Assembly: GCA_046045965.1 (NCBI GenBank)
Contig: JBJOKS010000014.1
Location: 32,001 to 96,000 of the forward strand
Direction of reading: 5' to 3'
Source of the DNA: Cyanobacteriota bacterium
GTDB lineage: Bacteria > Cyanobacteriota > Cyanobacteriia > Cyanobacteriales > Nostocaceae
Length of the DNA stretch: 64,000 nucleotides
A program made the position numbers and the translations under genes. Below, piece by piece: positions 54,532 through 64,000 of this stretch (the first letter of the stretch is position 1; every line of letters starts with the position of its first letter). Under the pieces are notes generated by a model, which had not been told where the DNA came from, did not search any database, and saw only the letters and a list, made by a program, of their open reading frames with translations.

Positions 54532-56697
54532 TTATGTAATGCTTGTAGAACGCAATGCCATAGACATAAGAATTTTTTGAGAATTACCTTCAGGACAATC
54601 ATCACCGGGTCGTCTTTGGATATAACTACCATTCGGTTGTAAATCCCAAGCTTGACGATTATCTGCCAACATAATTCCCAGAACTTCTTGCAAATCTTTA
54701 GCAATATCAGGGTCTCTAATGGGAGTAATAACTTCAACTCGACGATCTAAATTACGACGCATCCAGTCAGCACTACCAATATATATTTCTTCTTGACTAT
54801 TGTTGTAGAAGTAAAAAATGCGGGAGTGTTCTAAAAAGCGGCCGATAATGCTAATTACGCGAATATTTTCACTGATGTCTTTAAGTCCAGGACGCAAGCA
54901 ACATATACCCCGGACAATGAGATCAATCTGCACACCAGCGCGAGAAGCTGCATATAAAGTGGCGATAATTTCGGGATCAACAAGGGCGTTCATTTTGGCA
55001 ACTATGCGACCAGAAAATCCATTTTGGATATTTTCAATTTCGCGGTTAATCAGTTCGATAAAGCGATCGCGCATATTCACAGGTGCAACTAATATTTCTC
55101 GATAAGTTTTTTGGCGAGAATATCCGGTCAAAAAGTTAAACACATCTGTTAAATCTGCACCTAATTCTTCCCGACAACTCAACAACCCTAAATCTGTATA
55201 TAGTCGTGCTGTTTTCGGGTTATAGTTTCCAGTTCCAATATGCACATAACGACGCATTCGGTCTTTTTCGCGCCGTACTACCATGACAATTTTGCTATGG
55301 GTTTTTAGACCGACTAAACCATAAACAACATGGACACCAACTCTTTCTAAACGTCTAGCCCAGTAAATATTATTTTCCTCATCAAACCGCGCCTTTAATT
55401 CCACTAAGACAGAAACTTGTTTGCCATTTTCTGCCGCAGCAATTAAAGCATTAACTATGGGTGAATCTCCAGAAGTTCGGTAAAGAGTCATTTTAATAGC
55501 TAATACATTGGGGTCCCAGGCTGCATAGGTAATAAAACGTTCTACAGTACCGGAAAATGATTGATAGGGATGATGTAAAAGTAAATCTTTTTCCCGAATT
55601 ACCGAAAAAATATCTTTTCCTTCTTCTACTTCTAAGACATCTGGATCTACACAGGGTTCTTTAAGGCGTTGTAAGCGGGAAGGGACTACAGACTGACGTG
55701 GTGGTTCTTTGAGTTCTGGTAATGGTAAAGCCATAAAATACATCAAGTCTCGCAGTCCCAATAAACCATCTACTTGGTAAACATCATTGTCGGTTAATTC
55801 TAAATCTTGTAATAATCTTGAACGCAAAATTTCTGGTGTTTGGGAGCGAATTTCTAACCGGACTGGAGTCCCACCCATGCGACGTTTCCGCAGTTCTTGT
55901 TCAATAGCTAATAATAAATCATCGGCTTCGTCTTCTTCTAGTTCTAAGTCAGCATCACGGGTAATGCGGAAGGGGTGATATTCCTGAATATTCATCCCTG
56001 GAAAGAGGTGTTCTAAATTATGAGCGATCGCCTGTTCCAAAGGTACACCGATCCAGTGAACCGCTTTTCCGTTGTTTTGAATTCCTAACTCTGATGGTAA
56101 AGGAATAAATCGCGGTAACACACTGGGAACTTTAACTCTGGCAAAAAATTCTTCTTCTGTTTCTGGGTTTTTTACCACCACAGCTAAATTTAAACTGAGA
56201 TTAGAAATGTAGGGAAAAGGATGACTAGGATCAACTGCTAAAGGAGTCAACACCGGAAAAATTTGTTCTTTAAAATAGTTATCTAAATAACTCCGCTGTT
56301 TATCATTCATTTCTATGTATTTAATGATATGAATACCATGATTAGCTAACAGCGGTTGGAGAACTTGTTCAAATTGTTCGTTATGTTTTGTTACCAACGG
56401 ACTCAAGTGCAACCGAATATCATCTAGTTGTTGTTGCGGTGTGCGACCATCAGGAGTTAAGAGGTTAACCTTTGCTTCTACCTGTTGCTTTAAGGCTGCA
56501 ACTCGCACCATAAAGAACTCATCTAAGTTAGAACTAAAAATAGCTAAAAATTTCAGGCGTTCTAGTAGTGGGGTGCGGTGATCACAAGCCTCATGTAATA
56601 CTCTACTATTAAACTCTAACCAGCTTAACTCGCGGTTGATATAGTATTGTGGATCACTTAAATTAATGCTGGGGTTGGTCTTTTTGGGTTTTGGCAT
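54532..56697 (-). CDS. ppk1: Polyphosphate kinase 1
   Basis: NRELSWLEFN, HHPYQSF, ELKARFDE and GRFLEHSR. Confidence 0.97.
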   Translation of the reverse strand: MPKPKKTNPSINLSDPQYYINRELSWLEFNSRVLHEACDHRTPLLERLKFLAIFSSNLDEFFMVRVAALKQQVEAKVNLLTPDGRTPQQQLDDIRLHLSPLVTKHNEQFEQVLQPLLANHGIHIIKYIEMNDKQRSYLDNYFKEQIFPVLTPLAVDPSHPFPYISNLSLNLAVVVKNPETEEEFFARVKVPSVLPRFIPLPSELGIQNNGKAVHWIGVPLEQAIAHNLEHLFPGMNIQEYHPFRITRDADLELEEDEADDLLLAIEQELRKRRMGGTPVRLEIRSQTPEILRSRLLQDLELTDNDVYQVDGLLGLRDLMYFMALPLPELKEPPRQSVVPSRLQRLKEPCVDPDVLEVEEGKDIFSVIREKDLLLHHPYQSFSGTVERFITYAAWDPNVLAIKMTLYRTSGDSPIVNALIAAAENGKQVSVLVELKARFDEENNIYWARRLERVGVHVVYGLVGLKTHSKIVMVVRREKDRMRRYVHIGTGNYNPKTARLYTDLGLLSCREELGADLTDVFNFLTGYSRQKTYREILVAPVNMRDRFIELINREIENIQNGFSGRIVAKMNALVDPEIIATLYAASRAGVQIDLIVRGICCLRPGLKDISENIRVISIIGRFLEHSRIFYFYNNSQEEIYIGSADWMRRNLDRRVEVITPIRDPDIAKDLQEVLGIMLADNRQAWDLQPNGSYIQRRPGDDCPEGNSQKILMSMALRSTSIT

Positions 56698-56886
56698 AAT
56701 TATTTACAGGCTATAGTTGGTAGTTAATAGTTGGTAGTTAATTAATCTAATTAATATATTAAGTTTTAGTTAAGAGATATTTAAGAACAGGAAATTTAGC
56801 CATTGTCAGTTGGATGAAAACAGACTTTTAAGCTTTATTTTCCCTATTCCCTATTCCCTGTTCCCTGTTCCCTGTTCCCTGGTGTC

Positions 56887-58251
56887 ATGTTTCAAGCTAC
56901 TCGTCGCCGTCTTGCTCTTTGGTACACTGCTGTTACTGCTATCTTACTACTCTTGTTTGCAACTGGAGTGTATTTATACGTCCGCAGCACTCTAGTTGAA
57001 AGGATTGATGATACTTTAAATCATGTGGTGGAAGTGGTAGAGCGTTCTTTAGTCATTGAACCTGTAAATTTCCAACCTGATAAACTCCGCGTCAATGTCG
57101 AAGCGAGTTTTCGCAATAATGCAGATGCAGCGGAAGATGACCACATTGACCTAGAATGGTTTAGCTCCACTGGTGAATTACGGTGGTCAACTTTTTCTGA
57201 ACCTTTAGATATTCCTATTCATGGTAATACGGGTGAAACTGTACGCTTGGTGGGGATGGGGGGATGGGGAGACTCAGAACTGCTATTGCGACAAGTTACC
57301 CATCGGGTAGAAATGGGAAGACAGGTTTTAGGTTATCTACGGGTGAGTCATCCTTGGTTTGAAGTCACTAAACCCAGTCGTCAGTTAATTTTTGATTTGG
57401 GTTTGGGTACTGGGTTAATGGTGCTGTCAGTAGCTGCTAGTGGTTGGTTTCTGTCTGGTAAAGCTATGGAACCGGTGGGAGAGTCTTATCAACGTCTCAA
57501 GCAATTTACAGCTGATGCTTCCCATGAACTCAGAAGTCCGATAGCTTTGATTCAAACTAATGTACAAGTGGCGCTGGCTGATTTAGACTTAGAAACCAGT
57601 AGTATTTCTCATTATCGTCAACAATTAAAATTAGTAGAACGACTTACTCAACGTTTGGGTAGGTTGGTGAATGATCTATTGTTTTTAGCACGACAGGATA
57701 GTGGTATTAGCAAGGTTGTATTTTCAGCTTGTCCTGTGGATGCTTTGTTGATGGAAGTGGTGGAAGAACAACAACTTTTAGCTACAGAAAAGCAAATTAA
57801 CCTAACTCTTAATTTAGTTGATCCTCCCTTGGAACTTGATCCAGAATTGCAGGAAAATTGGTTTACTTTGATGGGAAATTGGGATCAATTGGTGCGGTTA
57901 TGTACAAATTTGATTGGTAATGCTTTGCAATATACCCCAACTCAGGGAAATGTACAGGTGGAATTAGCGAGAATTTCACCTATGCGGTATGGTGTTGCTT
58001 GTTTACAAATTAAAATTATTGATACGGGAGTTGGTATTCCTGGTGAGTCTTTACCAAAACTGTTTGATAGATTTTATCGTGTAGATCCAGCGCGTTCTCA
58101 TCAAAGTCGGGAAAGTACAACTGGTTCAGGTTTGGGTTTAGCGATCGCTCAAGCTATTGTGGAACATCATCAAGGACAAATTCAAGTCGAAAGTGTTGTT
58201 GGTAAAGGTACTACTTTCATCGTCATTTTACCCATCTCTCTTGAGTATTAA
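56887..58251 (+). CDS. Membrane sensor histidine kinase (ManS/Hik27-like)
   Basis: Two TM helices, FTADASHELRSP and GSGLGLAI; ManS similarity from memory only. Confidence 0.85.
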   Translation: MFQATRRRLALWYTAVTAILLLLFATGVYLYVRSTLVERIDDTLNHVVEVVERSLVIEPVNFQPDKLRVNVEASFRNNADAAEDDHIDLEWFSSTGELRWSTFSEPLDIPIHGNTGETVRLVGMGGWGDSELLLRQVTHRVEMGRQVLGYLRVSHPWFEVTKPSRQLIFDLGLGTGLMVLSVAASGWFLSGKAMEPVGESYQRLKQFTADASHELRSPIALIQTNVQVALADLDLETSSISHYRQQLKLVERLTQRLGRLVNDLLFLARQDSGISKVVFSACPVDALLMEVVEEQQLLATEKQINLTLNLVDPPLELDPELQENWFTLMGNWDQLVRLCTNLIGNALQYTPTQGNVQVELARISPMRYGVACLQIKIIDTGVGIPGESLPKLFDRFYRVDPARSHQSRESTTGSGLGLAIAQAIVEHHQGQIQVESVVGKGTTFIVILPISLEY

Positions 58252-58332
58252 ATTGCAGATTAAATATTCATTCAACATTTGTTTCTTGCGGTAGATGGAG
58301 ACAAATATATTTACTTATTAGCGTAGATATTA

Positions 58333-58495
58333 GAGGATGTTTTAAAAGTCCCTGATGGTGGATCAAATATTTATAGATCCCCCTAAATCCCCCTTCAAAA
58401 GGGGGACTTTGAAAGAATTTAGCCCCCCTTTATAAGGGGGTTGGGGGGATCATCCAGTGTTTCACATCACAAACCAATACTTTTGAAACAACCTC
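58333..58495. mobile_element. MITE-like element
   Basis: Ends GAGGATGTTTTAAAAGT / ACTTTTGAAACAACCTC flanked by TTA on both sides; internal CCCCC...GGGGG hairpins. Confidence 0.75.
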
Positions 58496-58533
58496 TTATA
58501 GTTCAACAGAAGAGATAAAAAAATTAGGAACAG

Positions 58534-59400
58534 ATGCCAATTACTATCAGACAAGATATTACCTACACTTTACTCAAAAAGATTAATGAAACTGGTCAGG
58601 GAATGCACGAAGTTCATTTTAATCAAACTGACTTTCCTGAACATAGAATTACAATAGCTGAATTTTTAGGACATTTAGATTATTTGCATCAAAAACATTA
58701 TATCAATGCTGAATTTACAGGTAATGCTTACGCAACTCAAGAAGATGTTCCTGATTTAATTCATCCCCAAGAATTTGATTTACGAATTCCTAATACTCTT
58801 GGCGCACCGGATGGACCTTTACCGCATTTGATTACTTTTAAAAAAGCGGAAATGACGGAAAAAGGAAAGAAGTTATTAGATAAATTAGAAGTTAATCCCC
58901 CAACAGTATCAGAGGAAAAACCAGCAGTAGCTATTGCTGACAAAGATTTACCTTTTTTAGAAAAAGTCATGGCTAAAAGTGGCTTACCAGATATTTTTGA
59001 TGCACGAGATTTAACGGAAGTTGTTTTTCGGGTCATGCGGGATTTAATGACAACAGAAGCTGCTGATAGAGTTGAAGCAGAACTGCATGAACCAGCAGAA
59101 ATAACAACAGATAAATCTCTACAATTAGAAATTGCTGATTTATGGCATGATACTAATCCAATTGTGGCATTTATCAGCCGGGTGCGTCCACCTTGGCAAG
59201 GTCCAGGCATTTTTAAAATTGATAGCGATCGCTTTTTATTTCGAGTTGCAAATGAAGGGGGAATGCCGCCAAATGTAGATGCAGAAACAGTAATTAAGTC
59301 TGTATTTTCCGCCACAAAAGATGAATTATCAGCCGAACGAATTCAAGAAGTTTCCACTTGGTTGCCTGATAAAATTCGCCAACTTTGGGAACAAGCTTAA
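58534..59400 (+). CDS. DUF2267 domain protein with N-terminal extension
   Basis: FLEKVM...DARDLTEVVFRVMRD and VFSATKDELS.ER..E...WLP. Confidence 0.8.
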   Translation: MPITIRQDITYTLLKKINETGQGMHEVHFNQTDFPEHRITIAEFLGHLDYLHQKHYINAEFTGNAYATQEDVPDLIHPQEFDLRIPNTLGAPDGPLPHLITFKKAEMTEKGKKLLDKLEVNPPTVSEEKPAVAIADKDLPFLEKVMAKSGLPDIFDARDLTEVVFRVMRDLMTTEAADRVEAELHEPAEITTDKSLQLEIADLWHDTNPIVAFISRVRPPWQGPGIFKIDSDRFLFRVANEGGMPPNVDAETVIKSVFSATKDELSAERIQEVSTWLPDKIRQLWEQA

Positions 59401-59479
59401 GAAGGTGACAGAAGTTATTTAGTTTCGACTTTTGACTTTTTAAGTGTCACCTATTCCCACAATTACAGGAGCAAAAATA

Positions 59480-60232
59480 ATGAATCTTCAAAAATATGCC
59501 CAATTCATTGGGACTGTTGGTAGTGGGTTACTGATTAGTTTATCAGCCATCCCCCAAGCAGTAATAGCACAACAAACGACTTCTAAAGTTAACCCTTGTC
59601 CCGGCATTTTTTACGAAGAACCACATAACAGTCGGGTATTAGTTCCCCCCGGATGTCCTCCTAATGCTTTAACTCTCATGCTCATGCAACTAGGATTAAT
59701 ACCATTTACTATTATTCCATTACCAGGTCAAAGCGGTTTAGGTGTTGGTGGTGAAGCACCTTCCGCACTTAATCCCAATCCTACAATATTTAATGAACCG
59801 CCTTATAATCGTTCTCAACTAGGGTTTCGTCCAGGTGGTCAGATACCAACATTACCAACTCGTCCCCCTTCTAGTGGGGTGATACAACCACCAGCACCAG
59901 AACAAAGACAAGACCCCAGTACCAAAATTGCTCTAGCAGATGGCAAAGCAAATATCAGGTTAATAAATAATACAGGGGCAAATATCACTTATGAAGTAAT
60001 TGGGGATACAGCCTCACGCACATTAGAAGATAAATCAGATATCACTCTACGCGGTTTAAGCACACCAGTAACGGTGACATTTCAACGGGAAGACGGTGGA
60101 CTTTTGATGGTGACACCTCAACCTGGTAGAGAAAGAGGAAGTGTAGAAGTGACATTAAAAGCAACAACTGATGTCAACCAAGATAGAAGTGCAATGAGAA
60201 TTCAATCAAATGGATCAGTTTTTTTGAATTAG
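59480..60232 (+). CDS. Secreted proline-rich hypothetical protein
   Basis: AGGAG before ATG 59480; signal peptide; NPCPGIFYEEPHN repeat-like motifs. Confidence 0.7.
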   Translation: MNLQKYAQFIGTVGSGLLISLSAIPQAVIAQQTTSKVNPCPGIFYEEPHNSRVLVPPGCPPNALTLMLMQLGLIPFTIIPLPGQSGLGVGGEAPSALNPNPTIFNEPPYNRSQLGFRPGGQIPTLPTRPPSSGVIQPPAPEQRQDPSTKIALADGKANIRLINNTGANITYEVIGDTASRTLEDKSDITLRGLSTPVTVTFQREDGGLLMVTPQPGRERGSVEVTLKATTDVNQDRSAMRIQSNGSVFLN

Positions 60233-60285
60233 TCGTTAGTCATTAGGAATAGAGAATGTTTTTCTTTCTCCTGACTCCTGAATTC

Positions 60286-61368
60286 TTACCTTCCTTTCAA
60301 TTCGTTGAGACTGTTGAGTATTTTTGCTTCTTGTTTGATGTCATCTAATTTTCGCGCTAGTGAAAGTGCTTGTTCATAAGAATTACGTGCTTGAGGATAA
60401 TTTTCGAGTTTTTCATAAAGTTCACCGGAGGATACTAAAGATTTTAGTTCTTCACTGGGATTATTTAATGATTTAGCGATCGCCAATCGTTTTTCTATCA
60501 ATTCCAAAGCCCGATCATAACGACTAACAGCACTATGAGCAGTGACTAAACCATCAATTGCTCGTAATTGGTTAGGGCGATTTAAATTAATGTTTGCTAA
60601 ACGCATTGCTGCCCCATAATTGCCTATGGTATTTGGATAATCTCCAGCAAAAAGATAAGCATCACCTAAATTATTCAGGGTGTTGATTTCACCAATCACA
60701 TCACCTGTTTTGCGGCGAAAAAATAAGGCTGTTTCCCCTAATTGAATGGCTTGATTATAATCACCCAATCTGGTATATACCAGACTTAAATTACTGAGTG
60801 AAAGTCCTTGTCCTTCAATGTTTTCAAGATTCCGAGCCATTACTAGAGCATCTTGAATAGTTTGTCCTGCGGCTTTTGGTTCGCCTTTTTGTAGCAACAG
60901 AGTACCAAGATTATTAAGGGCAAAAATCTGATTTTGAAAATCCTGATTATCACGAGCTATTCCTAACCGACGACGTATAGCATCTTCGGCATCTTTGATA
61001 TTACCTAATTGCAGATAAGCACCAGCCAGTAAATCATAAGTGAAACCCTGTGATTTCATATCACCAAGAGAGTGATAAATCTTGAGTGCTTCTAATCCAG
61101 ACTCAATGGTTTTATCAACAGAACCCGAAGCATATTGTTGTTTACCTAGATACAATAATCTATCAGCTTCGTCTCTGGTTTGTCTGGTATTTAATTGTTT
61201 GCCGATAGGATGATTTAAAGGACTATGAATTTGTTTGGTAATGTCAATAGCATTAGCCGCACCAGGTATGAAAAAATAAGTAAATAATAGACTATAAACA
61301 ATCCCCTGTTGCCATTTACTAACTTGCTGTAAAATAGTACAATTCGATAAAAAAGACAGATGTTTCAT
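60286..61368 (-). CDS. TPR protein, probably exported
   Basis: LNNLG repeats and a hydrophobic N-terminal segment. Confidence 0.85.
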   Translation of the reverse strand: MKHLSFLSNCTILQQVSKWQQGIVYSLLFTYFFIPGAANAIDITKQIHSPLNHPIGKQLNTRQTRDEADRLLYLGKQQYASGSVDKTIESGLEALKIYHSLGDMKSQGFTYDLLAGAYLQLGNIKDAEDAIRRRLGIARDNQDFQNQIFALNNLGTLLLQKGEPKAAGQTIQDALVMARNLENIEGQGLSLSNLSLVYTRLGDYNQAIQLGETALFFRRKTGDVIGEINTLNNLGDAYLFAGDYPNTIGNYGAAMRLANINLNRPNQLRAIDGLVTAHSAVSRYDRALELIEKRLAIAKSLNNPSEELKSLVSSGELYEKLENYPQARNSYEQALSLARKLDDIKQEAKILNSLNELKGR

Positions 61369-61470
61369 AACACTTTACCGTGAAATTTTGGCTCTAAATC
61401 AAAGGTGTAAGCAAGAGAGTTAATTTTTAGGTACAAAATAGATAATTTCACGTTGATACTTAAGTTAAAC

Positions 61471-62094
61471 TTAAACAGTATCTTCACCTAAGTAAATAGC
61501 GCGAATATCATCTGGTAATTTGTCTTCTAGCATACGATAACCTTCTTGGATAAAATTCGCTACTTCGTCAGGGGAAATTTTTTCGCCTTCAGCTTGCAGA
61601 TAAGCAGCAATGCGAGTTTCGCTCCAGTGGAAAGTTTGCGCCATTAAGACAATTAAGCGTAATATTGGCGGTAATTGGTCTAAAGCCTGTTCTATATAAA
61701 ACCATAACGGTGGAGAAGTATCTTTAAGTGAATAATGAATAGCCTCCGTTGGCGGTAGTTTAATTTCATTAATGCAGAAAGCAGTCATGTTGATTAACCA
61801 ATTTTGCAAGGTTAACACTTCTTCGCCAGTTTCTGGGTTAGTTAAATAAAGTCCACCGAGTTCATAGTATATATGTTTCCAGGTAAGCGCAAAAAGATAA
61901 TCTGCCTGGACAGGCGATCGCGCTGAATGTTGAATTAAGGTGTAAACTATAGGGCTATAACGGCAAAAAATGGCAGTAAAATATTTGCCATGATCGGGAT
62001 AGCGCCTAAACAGATTTAGTAGTTCTTGGTCACTGTGATGAAACAGCGACTTTACCAGAGGATGGTTAGCTTCAGGAAAAGAAGGTATTTGCAC
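61471..62094 (-). CDS. Sigma70/ECF-like domain protein
   Basis: SDQELL..F, FCRY, ALDQLPP..R.IVLM region-4-like segment. Confidence 0.65.
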   Translation of the reverse strand: MQIPSFPEANHPLVKSLFHHSDQELLNLFRRYPDHGKYFTAIFCRYSPIVYTLIQHSARSPVQADYLFALTWKHIYYELGGLYLTNPETGEEVLTLQNWLINMTAFCINEIKLPPTEAIHYSLKDTSPPLWFYIEQALDQLPPILRLIVLMAQTFHWSETRIAAYLQAEGEKISPDEVANFIQEGYRMLEDKLPDDIRAIYLGEDTV

Positions 62095-62362
62095 AAGCGT
62101 TTTAGTAGATGGTTGTTAAAATATACAGAGTATTGGCTGGTAAACAGTAATTGGTAATTGGTAATTGGTCATTGGTCATTGGTCATTGGTCATTAGTCAT
62201 TAGTTATTCTCCCCCTGCTTCCCCTGCTTCCCCTGCTTTATTCCTAGTTCCCTGTTCCCTGTTTCCTAACCCAGAGTATGAGATAAACTAAAAAAGAGGA
62301 CTTAATATTAGTCTTTATCGACAATACTAAAAGCGGCTCCCTTATACAATCTTTGTTTATTC

Positions 62363-62959
62363 ATGGTTATAGCAGCTAATTTGATACCTTTCCTGCTTAG
62401 TCCTGTTACTCTAGGCTCTTTCTTGCCCTCTCTGCCTTTGGATAGCCTTTTCTCTACCCAAGGCATTATGATTATGCTGTTGGCGGCTTATGCTGGCGCT
62501 ATGTGGATGTTTTTGACCAGCGCCCCCAAGGTCTATACTGTGATGGTGTCGGACTTGGAAATTGCCCGACAATTGTATGAAGGTTTGCTAGATTTGCCCG
62601 CAGCAGAAGTACCTTTGCACTATTATTACAACTACGAACAAACTATTGGTGCAACAGGGATAGACCCGCTTTATATGTCCTCTAGTCCCAGTTGGTCAAA
62701 TAAAGCGATGAGTGGTGGCAACGATGGACTATGGTATCAATTAAAGAAAAATACTCAACTGCACATCATTACTGGTGCGAGTATTGGTACTAAAAATCAA
62801 CAGCGTCATGTTTGTTTTGACCATGACTGTTTAGAGTTGATTTTAATGCGGGTGGAAACAAGAGGTTTAAAATTCAAAATTCGCAATCAAAAGCCTTTGA
62901 ATTTTTTGGTGAAAGACTACGAAGGACGCGTGATTGAATTGGCTGAAGTTAACGGTTAG
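62363..62959 (+). CDS. Glyoxalase/VOC-like domain membrane protein
   Basis: VSDLEIARQLYEGLL, RHVCF and DYEGRVIEL. Confidence 0.8.
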   Translation: MVIAANLIPFLLSPVTLGSFLPSLPLDSLFSTQGIMIMLLAAYAGAMWMFLTSAPKVYTVMVSDLEIARQLYEGLLDLPAAEVPLHYYYNYEQTIGATGIDPLYMSSSPSWSNKAMSGGNDGLWYQLKKNTQLHIITGASIGTKNQQRHVCFDHDCLELILMRVETRGLKFKIRNQKPLNFLVKDYEGRVIELAEVNG

Positions 62960-63208
62960 TTATTAGTCATTAGTTATTAGTTATTAGTCATTAGTCATTC
63001 TAATCTCGTTCCCAGTCTCTGACTGAGAATGTCTATCAGGAGGTTCTACCTCCCATCCAAATAGTCAGTTTTAGGGTGTGTTGGGGTTTTTCCTGATGCA
63101 CCCTAATTTTTTATTTAATGAACCACGTTCGCGAAGCGTCCCGAAGGGATAGACACGAAGGAAGCGAAGGAAGAAGAGAAGAAGAGAAGAAGAGAAGAAG
63201 AGAGATTT

Positions 63209-64000
63209 TTAGTTTGGTGGCCAAGGTCCTATTATTTCTATTCCCTGTTTCTCTTTTTCTGCTAGTTCTTTATTTAAGTTGAGCAGTTTTTCTAATATGT
63301 CATCTTCTGGTTGAATTTTATAAGCTTCCATTACCAGTTTATCTAATTGTTTATGTAGTTGATAAAGTTGGCTGCTCGGTTCATTAAAGAATTTATTATA
63401 TAATGTGGTGATTCCCCATTGTTTGGACTCCATTTGTTGAGTACGATATTGATGTAGTTGTTCGGCTTTGGTGCGAATTTTTTCTACTATTTTAATATCT
63501 GCTGTTTGCGGAAATGGGAAGGTTTCAAAACAGGTGTTGTGAGTGTAAGCTATGCTTAATCCTAATGTTGATTTTTGAGATTGTATCCATTCATGATGTA
63601 CATTAGATGAGAGAATACCAAAGATATAATCATCATCTGATCCAACTACAACTGATTTATCACCTGGTAGCCAATTTAAAGGTGCGGGAATAAATATAGC
63701 CCATTTAGAAACTCTAGGAACTGTAAAGTAAAATGATAGTGATGAAATAGCTTTTCTCATTGCTGGTCTTTTTTCCCCATATTTCCACCAATTCAATTTG
63801 GTAACATCTCTACGGTTATTATCTCTTTGTGGTTTAACAGTTTGTTTAATATGTTCAAAAGGTAATTTATATTCACTAGCATCCTCAATACTCATATCAT
63901 TAAAATCAATAATCCATCTTTCAGGTTTACCATGAGGATTTTTCGCTAAATTTGCCCCCATTGAAAATAATTTTAAAACCCCTTTATTTTTAGTATCTTT
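63209..64000 (-). CDS. MmeI-like (type IIL/IIG) restriction-modification enzyme, C-terminal part
   Basis: RWIIDF, WW.Y...RPAMR, FGILSS..H..W, YT...CFETFPFP and LHKQLDKLVMEAY; frame open to the window end. Confidence 0.85.
   Translation of the reverse strand, partial: KDTKNKGVLKLFSMGANLAKNPHGKPERWIIDFNDMSIEDASEYKLPFEHIKQTVKPQRDNNRRDVTKLNWWKYGEKRPAMRKAISSLSFYFTVPRVSKWAIFIPAPLNWLPGDKSVVVGSDDDYIFGILSSNVHHEWIQSQKSTLGLSIAYTHNTCFETFPFPQTADIKIVEKIRTKAEQLHQYRTQQMESKQWGITTLYNKFFNEPSSQLYQLHKQLDKLVMEAYKIQPEDDILEKLLNLNKELAEKEKQGIEIIGPWPPN

Noticed and set aside
58761..59315. Antisense or alternate-frame ORFs within typA, mfd, carB, ppk1, the WD40 gene and the DUF2267 gene
   Set aside because: Shadow ORFs of well-supported genes with no recognisable motifs

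Overview
64-kb chromosomal window from a heterocyst-forming (Nostocales-like) cyanobacterium, judged from frequent HIP1 GCGATCGC octamers, heptameric STRR tandem repeats and genes such as sasA, nblB, ftrC and CRR7. Most of it is housekeeping (prs, typA, lptAB, mfd, mutT, sigD, carB, dps, ppk1). The most notable part is an AT-rich ~16-kb accessory island (23.6-39.5 kb). It holds three NLR-like STAND ATPases whose N-terminal domain looks like a helix-turn-helix, each with WD40/TPR sensor repeats (fused or in an overlapping gene) and each divergent from uncharacterised genes. Three intergenic regions of the island share a spaced palindrome, CAAGATCA-N19-TGATC, suggesting an NLR-controlled transcriptional regulon. 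Also present: an orphan CRISPR mini-array with a consensus promoter, a Panacea/RelE-like toxin-antitoxin pair next to a kinase-ClpN fusion and an HD hydrolase, several MITEs with target-site duplications, tiny two-hairpin insertion elements, a multiply disrupted pseudogene and a partial MmeI-like restriction-modification gene. Family assignments are by eye and from memory; no database searches were run.
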